A stretch of 64,000 bases of DNA from an uncultured Bacilli bacterium (lineage in GTDB: Bacteria > Bacillota_I > Bacilli_A > RF39 > UBA660): positions 11,471-75,470 of the forward strand of contig CALVRM010000012.1 in assembly GCA_944358695.1 (NCBI GenBank). Reading direction: 5' to 3'. The position numbers and the translations under genes are program-made. Below are positions 58,344 to 64,000 of the stretch, piece after piece. The notes under the pieces were generated by a model. It searched no databases. It was not told where the DNA came from and worked only from the letters and a program-made list of their open reading frames with translations. Position 1 is the stretch's first letter. Each line of letters starts with the position of its first letter.

Positions 58344-58678
58344 AGGGAAATAGTTCAGTTGGTAGAACGTCGGTGGATAAACGGCCGACCTAACAAAATT
58401 GTTAGTAAAAAATCGAGGAAGAAATCTGGAAAGCTAAACCTTTGTGGCAAGCCAATCAGAGTGGAAGTTAATATTTAAAAGTATTAACACACGCAACGCA
58501 TAGATAGTGAACCTATTAATTTAGAATATAATCTATCCACGAGGCCTCGACATCTATATAAGATGAAAAGATATGCTGAACTTATACGAAAGTATAAGAA
58601 GTAGAAGATAAAAAGCTTTTACGATAACAATTGCTCCAAAACCGAATGTCGTGGGTTCAAATCCTGCTTTCCCTGCCA
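58344..58678 (+). tRNA. trnW: tRNA-Trp(CCA) gene split by a 259-nt intervening sequence (exons 58344-58374 and 58634-58678)
   Basis: The joined exons give a 76-nt cloverleaf: AGGGAAA/UUUCCCU acceptor, GUUC/GAAC D stem, UCGGU/ACCGA anticodon stem, loop CUCCAAA, GUGGG-UUCAAAU-CCUGC T arm, G73 and encoded CCA. Confidence 0.85.
58375..58633 (+). ncRNA. Group I-like intron inside tRNA-Trp
   Basis: Exon ends in U, intron ends in G. P1 pairs GUCGGU (58369-74) with GCCGAC (58384-89), closed by a U.G wobble. P2 hairpin 58390-58405. P3 candidate 58413-18 with 58545-50. GAAA-capped hairpin 58581-98. No ORF, TIR or TSD. Confidence 0.6.
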
Positions 58679-58717
58679 GATGTGAATACACTCCAACTTT
58701 TGGAGTTCAAACATAGA

Positions 58718-58756
58718 GAAAACCGTGATTTTATAAGGGATTTCACGGTTTTTTGT
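58718..58756 (+). terminator. Intrinsic terminator downstream of the tRNA
   Basis: AAAACCGTGA-loop-TCACGGTTTT followed by a T-run. Confidence 0.75.
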
Positions 58757-59245
58757 TTGAATAAAAAAAGGAGTGAAAAAATATGGATTTTATGATAAAA
58801 TATTATGTAGATAAAACAGTTTAACTATTTGTGAAATGGGTGAGTAAAAATTACAAAATAAATAGTTTGTAATCTTTTGAATCACGAGATCATATGTGAT
58901 GTCAGTAGTGCTTAAAAAATTTACTAGAAAACTTGAAATATTGTAGACACAAATAAAAAAGCCGTTCGAATAAAAAGGTGATAAAATACGCTTTCGAAAA
59001 GAGGCGCTTTCTTATGATTTCTATATTTTGATTAACTATATTTAATTTTGTAAAAATCACATTTTGAGAAATTTTTAAATCATTACTAATATTGTATATA
59101 AAATAACATACTTCTATCATTTGATAAGAGTAACTACTATAAATAGTATATGTTTAATACCAAACAAAAGCTGTAACATTTAATCGACTTATAACGTATT
59201 TTTCAATCACTTATGTTAATTTTAGATTTAGAAGAGGGTGACTAT

Positions 59246-59695
59246 ATGTTTGGAAGTAGACTAAAGTCGCTAAGAGAAAACGCGGGAAAAGAACAATATT
59301 TTATAGCTAATAAATTAAATATTGCTAGAAACACATATACTGAATATGAAACCAGCAAAATTACTCCGCCAATTAAAGCATTATGTACTTTAGCACTATT
59401 CTATAACGTTAGTCTTGATTACATTCTTGGCATAAGTAATTCAAGGACACCATATGGGAAAATGAAAGATTATGATGAACAAATATTTATAAGAAACACC
59501 AAATTGATTCGCCAAAAACTAAAATATAACCAAAGTTTTTTTGCAAAACTTGTTAACTGTCACAGAGTTACACTTGCAAGATATGAAATTGGTAAAACCA
59601 GTATTCCCGTAGACTACTTAATCAAACTTTCGAGCCTTTCTAAAATTCCAAGTGATTATATCGTAGGAATAATTGCCCAAAAATGGGAAGACTAA
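59246..59695 (+). CDS. XRE-family regulator with two tandem HTH domains
   Basis: Start MFGSRLKSLRE after SD GAGGGTG. Two Cro/C1-type HTH units (..LRENAGKEQ...SLDYILG and ..IRQKLKYNQ...PSDYIVG). Confidence 0.8.
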   Translation: MFGSRLKSLRENAGKEQYFIANKLNIARNTYTEYETSKITPPIKALCTLALFYNVSLDYILGISNSRTPYGKMKDYDEQIFIRNTKLIRQKLKYNQSFFAKLVNCHRVTLARYEIGKTSIPVDYLIKLSSLSKIPSDYIVGIIAQKWED

Positions 59696-59835
59696 ATACT
59701 TATAATATATTTTAATATTAAATAGCCCATATTCAACTATTGGGCTTTTAAAGTGTTTATAAATTAAAAAAAGATATTTTTTTCTGTCAGATTCATTTAT
59801 TAAAAAGACTTGTTTTTTGTGTTTGTATATATCAA

Positions 59836-60288
59836 TTACTTATAGTTTTTGATTTTGCTTTTACCCAATAACCAATCTAAAGAAACATTATAATTTTGTG
59901 CAAATGTCTTGAGTATTAATGTTTGTGGGAAATATTTACCGTTTTTATAATTTCTATAAGAAGACGGTGAGATATCTAATAGTTTAGCAAACTGTTTTTG
60001 GTTTAAATTCATATTTTTTCTTATGATTTCCAAATTTTGACCAACTATCTTAGGAGAAATATCTATCAAATCTATTTTAATATTTCTGTTCTCCCTAACA
60101 ATTAACTTAGTGGCATAATTTAAACTTACTTTAAAAAGGTTACAAAATAGATTAAGTTTTTTTAAAGGAATGTTGTCATTTTCATTTTCCCAGCCTTTAT
60201 AAGTGTTTACGTTTACATTTATTTTATGTGCCACATCAACTTGTAATAAGTCATAATCATTGCGTATTTTTTTTAGTCTGTAATTCAT
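59836..60288 (-). CDS. XRE-family regulator with two tandem HTH domains (convergent paralog-like)
   Basis: Start MNYRLKKIRND. Two HTH units (...SLNYATK and ..IIRKNMNLNQKQFAKLLDIS...SLDWLLG). Confidence 0.75.
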   Translation of the reverse strand: MNYRLKKIRNDYDLLQVDVAHKINVNVNTYKGWENENDNIPLKKLNLFCNLFKVSLNYATKLIVRENRNIKIDLIDISPKIVGQNLEIIRKNMNLNQKQFAKLLDISPSSYRNYKNGKYFPQTLILKTFAQNYNVSLDWLLGKSKIKNYK

Positions 60289-60523
60289 AGTTATCACCAA
60301 ATAAATCATTTTATTCATTTTTTTAACCTGCCGTGTGGTATCCCATCATATGGTTATTTCGGCTTTCTTATTAACAATTGTCAACAATCTAAAAACAGCT
60401 CATATTGAGCTGTTTTCCAAAGACTCATAAAGAGTCAATTTTACAACTTACAACATAAAGCTAATTACTTAAAACTAACTACAACTTTATTATAGCAAAA
60501 TTTGTCGAAAAATGCAATAAAAT

Positions 60524-62005
60524 TTATTCAATCATGAAAAGATTATTTGAATAAAAGATCGGTTCACAGGTTAAGTTGATCTTTAATCTTTTTAACATCT
60601 GAAAATCTCCATTATAGACCATAAACGATGCGTGAGCTTCGCAGCCATTTAATTTTTCTAGATTTTTTAGTGCTTTTTCGGCCATTGGATTAGTTACTGA
60701 ACAAATACTTAAAGCGATTAAAACCTCTTCTAAATTTAACGAGTTTGTTTCTCGATTAGTTCTAGGTTTAATATTCAAAATTGGTTCTAAAACGTTAGGT
60801 GCTAGCAAATATACTTCATCAGGAATATGTGTCAGCTCTTTAAGCGCATTTAAAATCAAACTACTAGCCGGACTTAATAAATCCGTTTTTTTACCAGTGA
60901 CAATTTTTCCATTAGGTAATTGAAGAGCAATAACGGGAATGTTCTCATTTCGGCTTTTATTATTGGCAACATTAATTACTGGCCTTTTTTCTAACGCATC
61001 AATTTTTAGTTCGTTCATTAATATTTTAATACGCTGTGCGGTTTCTTCTTCATCTGTTCCCGTTTTTGCTTCACACATTGCTTTGTAATAGCGTCTTATT
61101 ATTTCTTGTTTGCCAGCTTCAGATACAATTTCATCATTTTCAATACAAGAACCAATCATATTTACTCCCATGTCCGTAGGGGAATGATAAATGTCAGTCC
61201 CAGTAATTTTATTTAATATTGCCTTAAGTACTGGAAAGACTTCTAGATCCCGATTGTAGTTAATTGAAGTAACTCCATATTTTTCCAAATGAAAAGAATC
61301 AATCATATTAACATCTTTTAAGTCGGCTGTTGCTGCCTCATAGGCAATATTAACAGGATGTTTTAATGGTAAATTCCAAACCGGAAACGTTTCATATTTT
61401 GCATAACCAGCTTTAATACCTTTTTTATACTCATGATATAATTGTGACAAACAGGTTGCTAATTTTCCGCTCGCTGGGCCAGGGGCTGTAACAACGACTA
61501 AAGGTCGTGATGTTTCAATATAATCATTTGCGCCATACCCTTTATCACTTACGATAATGTCAACATCTGTTGGATAGCCAGCAGTCGGAGTATGAATATA
61601 GGTTTTTATATTTCTTTTTTCTAATTGTTTCCTAAATTTATTCGCACTTTCTTCACCTTTATATAAAGTTATAACTACACTATTAACTAAAAGGCCAAGG
61701 TTTTTAAATTCATCAATTAATCTTAAAACTTCCATATCATAAGTAATACCATAATCAGCACGAACTTTTCTTCTTTCAATATCACCAGCGTTAATGCACA
61801 TGATAATTTCTGTAATATCCTTTAGTTCCGATAACATTTTAATTTTTGAGTCCGGTTTAAAACCAGGGAGTACTCGGCTAGCATGATAGTCATCAAATAA
61901 TTTTCCGCCAAACTCTAAATATAATTTATCAAACTGTTTAATTCTTTCTTTAATTTTTTTACTTTGAACATTTACATATTTTTCGTTATTAAATCCATAA
62001 TTCAT
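60524..62005 (-). CDS. DUF1846 (UPF0371) family protein
   Basis: GFNNEKY...QSKKI.ERI..F..LYLEFGGKLFDDYHASRVLPGF is the characteristic UPF0371 N-terminus. 493 aa. Confidence 0.85.
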   Translation of the reverse strand: MNYGFNNEKYVNVQSKKIKERIKQFDKLYLEFGGKLFDDYHASRVLPGFKPDSKIKMLSELKDITEIIMCINAGDIERRKVRADYGITYDMEVLRLIDEFKNLGLLVNSVVITLYKGEESANKFRKQLEKRNIKTYIHTPTAGYPTDVDIIVSDKGYGANDYIETSRPLVVVTAPGPASGKLATCLSQLYHEYKKGIKAGYAKYETFPVWNLPLKHPVNIAYEAATADLKDVNMIDSFHLEKYGVTSINYNRDLEVFPVLKAILNKITGTDIYHSPTDMGVNMIGSCIENDEIVSEAGKQEIIRRYYKAMCEAKTGTDEEETAQRIKILMNELKIDALEKRPVINVANNKSRNENIPVIALQLPNGKIVTGKKTDLLSPASSLILNALKELTHIPDEVYLLAPNVLEPILNIKPRTNRETNSLNLEEVLIALSICSVTNPMAEKALKNLEKLNGCEAHASFMVYNGDFQMLKRLKINLTCEPIFYSNNLFMIE

Positions 62006-62193
62006 TCTCTCACATCCTACTTCCTAAATCATACCATACTATTAAGTATTTGTTAATCAGTTTTTTAGAAATTGCCGTTTTTAGGCAGAAATATAAAGAA
62101 CATACCCTTGTTAAATATAGTAATGAGCAAATTTTGTCAATTACTGCTCATTTTCTGTTATAATAATAATTAGAAGACATTAGGAGGATCAAC

Positions 62194-63267
62194 ATGCAAA
62201 CTGTTTTTGATTATTTAAATTATTATAATGATGTTTCATTTAAAGACTGTTGTTGGAATGACATGGATAACATCATATGTTCTACTTTAGTATACCTTCC
62301 TTTAGAACATGTAATAGATAAAAAAACAATTAATATTCGTGAGGTAAACCGTCTTATAAAATATAGAAATAATCACCAATATGGTGATAAATCTTTACGA
62401 AGCCAAGCAATTAAAATATTAGAAAAAATATCTGGGGGACTTCGATATAAAAATACTACTTTTTCTAATTTTACATATATTCTTAACGATCAAACTCAAT
62501 TTAGTGCTTTAACTATTAGATTAGGTCGCGGTATTTGCTATATTGCTTATCGTGGGACAGATAATTCTCTATCAGGCTGGAAGGAAGACTTTGAACTTTT
62601 ATATAAATACCCAGTCAAGGCCCAAGAATTAGCCGCGGATTATTTAAAAAATTCAGTTAAATTTACTGATAAAACAATTTTTGTTGGTGGTCACTCCAAA
62701 GGCGGGAATTTAGCTATGTCAAGCGTGATGGAGGTAGAAGACAGTATATATCGAAAGATTAAAGTCATTTACAATAATGATGGTCCAGGTTTTTTACCTG
62801 AAGAATTTAAATCTACTAAATTTAAAAAGATAACTAAGAAATTAAAAATGTTCATGCCAGAAGATAGTAGAGTAGGAACTATTTTATTGCACACCAAAGA
62901 CGTACAATTTGTTAAATCAATAAATAAGGGTACTCAGCAACACGATCTTACTTCATGGATTTGCTTTGGAGGTTTTCTCGTTCACGGCAGACAGAGCCAA
63001 CATAGCATCAAAAAACAAGAACAAGTAAATGCTATTTTGAAAAAAATTAGCAGACAGGATAAAGAAAAGATAGTAAATACTTTTTTCACCGTTTTAAAAG
63101 AAAGTAAAATAAAGTATTTTTACCAGTTAAAAGAATTAAAGTTTCCGCAAATATCAGCGATGATTAAAGAAGCACACAATATAGATGAAGCATCTAAACA
63201 ATTGTTACTTGAAACTTTTAAAACCTTATTTTCAAAAGAATCTCAAAAAGAAGAAAAAGAACTATAA
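62194..63267 (+). CDS. DUF2974 (Mbeg1-like) alpha/beta-hydrolase-fold protein
   Basis: IAYRGTDNSLSGWKEDF and the nucleophile-elbow-like VGGHSKGGNLA. Confidence 0.8.
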   Translation: MQTVFDYLNYYNDVSFKDCCWNDMDNIICSTLVYLPLEHVIDKKTINIREVNRLIKYRNNHQYGDKSLRSQAIKILEKISGGLRYKNTTFSNFTYILNDQTQFSALTIRLGRGICYIAYRGTDNSLSGWKEDFELLYKYPVKAQELAADYLKNSVKFTDKTIFVGGHSKGGNLAMSSVMEVEDSIYRKIKVIYNNDGPGFLPEEFKSTKFKKITKKLKMFMPEDSRVGTILLHTKDVQFVKSINKGTQQHDLTSWICFGGFLVHGRQSQHSIKKQEQVNAILKKISRQDKEKIVNTFFTVLKESKIKYFYQLKELKFPQISAMIKEAHNIDEASKQLLLETFKTLFSKESQKEEKEL

Positions 63268-63278
63268 AGGAGTAATAT

Positions 63279-63800
63279 ATGTTAACACCCACTATAATAA
63301 CATCAATAATTATTGCAATTATAACTTGTCTTTTTGGCTTTAGATTAAATAAATGGTTAATAGCCATAGTTGGTTTTGGGCTTGGTTATTATTTATGTAG
63401 CACCGGTTTATTTAATATGCTAGGAGAAGGCTTGATGAATTTTATCATTTCAATTTTAGTTGGATTATTGACTGGATTTGTATCATTCAAACTTTATTTA
63501 GCAGGTATTTTCATTTTATGTTTTGTATTATCTTATACAGGGTGTATAAGTTTTATTGAGACTGGCACTTTTAGTACAATTTTAAGTATTGCAATCGGTA
63601 TCATAGTAGGTATACTTGGAATTTGGTTTACAAGGCCCATTATAATTATTTCAACTAGTATAAGTGGCGCCTTTGTTATTGCCGATAATATTTTACCATT
63701 ATTAAATCTAAATACGCCAATTGTCAACTTAATGGTAGGATTAATTATTGCTACGTTTGCGATGAATTATCAATTTAGAACAACCAAAGATTTAGAATAA
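63279..63800 (+). CDS. Hypothetical polytopic membrane protein (5-6 TM)
   Basis: 173-aa highly hydrophobic ORF. SD AAAGGAG 8 nt upstream. Confidence 0.55.
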   Translation: MLTPTIITSIIIAIITCLFGFRLNKWLIAIVGFGLGYYLCSTGLFNMLGEGLMNFIISILVGLLTGFVSFKLYLAGIFILCFVLSYTGCISFIETGTFSTILSIAIGIIVGILGIWFTRPIIIISTSISGAFVIADNILPLLNLNTPIVNLMVGLIIATFAMNYQFRTTKDLE

Positions 63801-64000
63801 TTATTATACAAATAACAATCATCACATATTGCGAAGCATAATTAGTATCTTTAATAAAAAATTTAAGTAAATTTACAATATGAAGTCTCAAATAATTAAA
63901 AATAAAACGCATATAATTTGTTAAATTGGACATTGTAAATAATGAAAGTTTATATTTTTAGCACTTGTTGTTGACAAGTGCTAAAAATAGTGATATATTT

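Noticed and set aside
58375-58633. The tRNA insertion as an IS or MITE, or as an archaeal-type bulge-helix-bulge intron
   Set aside because: It has no terminal inverted repeats, no target-site duplication and no ORF. The boundaries are U|G...G|C with a P1-type guide pairing rather than a BHB motif. A group I-like ribozyme is the better reading, though unproven.
1-64000. Mollicutes-type genetic code (UGA as Trp), given the very AT-rich sequence
   Set aside because: TGA is used as a genuine stop (for example ung at 18079-18081). Conserved proteins are full length under code 11. The tRNA found is Trp-CCA, and spore and cell-wall genes are present.
63961-64000. 9-bp-stem palindrome AGCACTTGT-tgttg-ACAAGTGCT containing TTGACA at the window end
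   Set aside because: It could be an operator or promoter for a downstream gene. That gene lies outside the window, so nothing can be concluded.

Overview
AT-rich chromosomal core of a low-GC, apparently spore-forming Firmicute. It uses the standard genetic code: TGA terminates ung and Trp is TGG. Gene order mirrors Bacillus, Clostridia and Erysipelotrichia: mfd-spoVT, metG-tatD-yabE-like-rsmA, ung-tilS-ftsH, gpsA, the full S10-spc-alpha ribosomal cluster (rpsJ to rplQ, with secY, adk, map, infA, rpmJ, rpoA), ecfA1-ecfA2-ecfT-truA-rplM-rpsI, a cell-envelope and spore block (PIG-L deacetylase, YfhO, thioester-domain protein, sortase, cwlD, htrA, sleB-like), and conserved DUF genes. Several items do not fit this backbone. 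(1) A tRNA-Trp(CCA) gene is split by a 259-nt ORF-less insertion with group I intron hallmarks, inserted at the unusual 31/32 position. (2) Two directly oriented paralogous repeat-protein cassettes bracket the roughly 41.5-kb essential region; they differ in repeat copy number, and one is flanked by 37-38-bp direct repeats. (3) A HipS/HipT-like split kinase module with a premature stop, plus an SDR gene, sits between rplQ and ecfA1. (4) A Met-specifier T-box lies upstream of dut-DHH-metG. (5) A hybrid histidine kinase lacks the phospho-acceptor His. (6) Both ECF ATPases have degenerate catalytic motifs. (7) A decayed insertion scar downstream of rpsI holds a transposase remnant. (8) A thioester-domain protein and sortase pair lacks both the sorting signal and the sortase membrane anchor at their junction. 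(9) An Abi_2 gene sits between cwlD and htrA. All calls come from reading the sequence and ORF translations by eye; no database search or folding computation was run.
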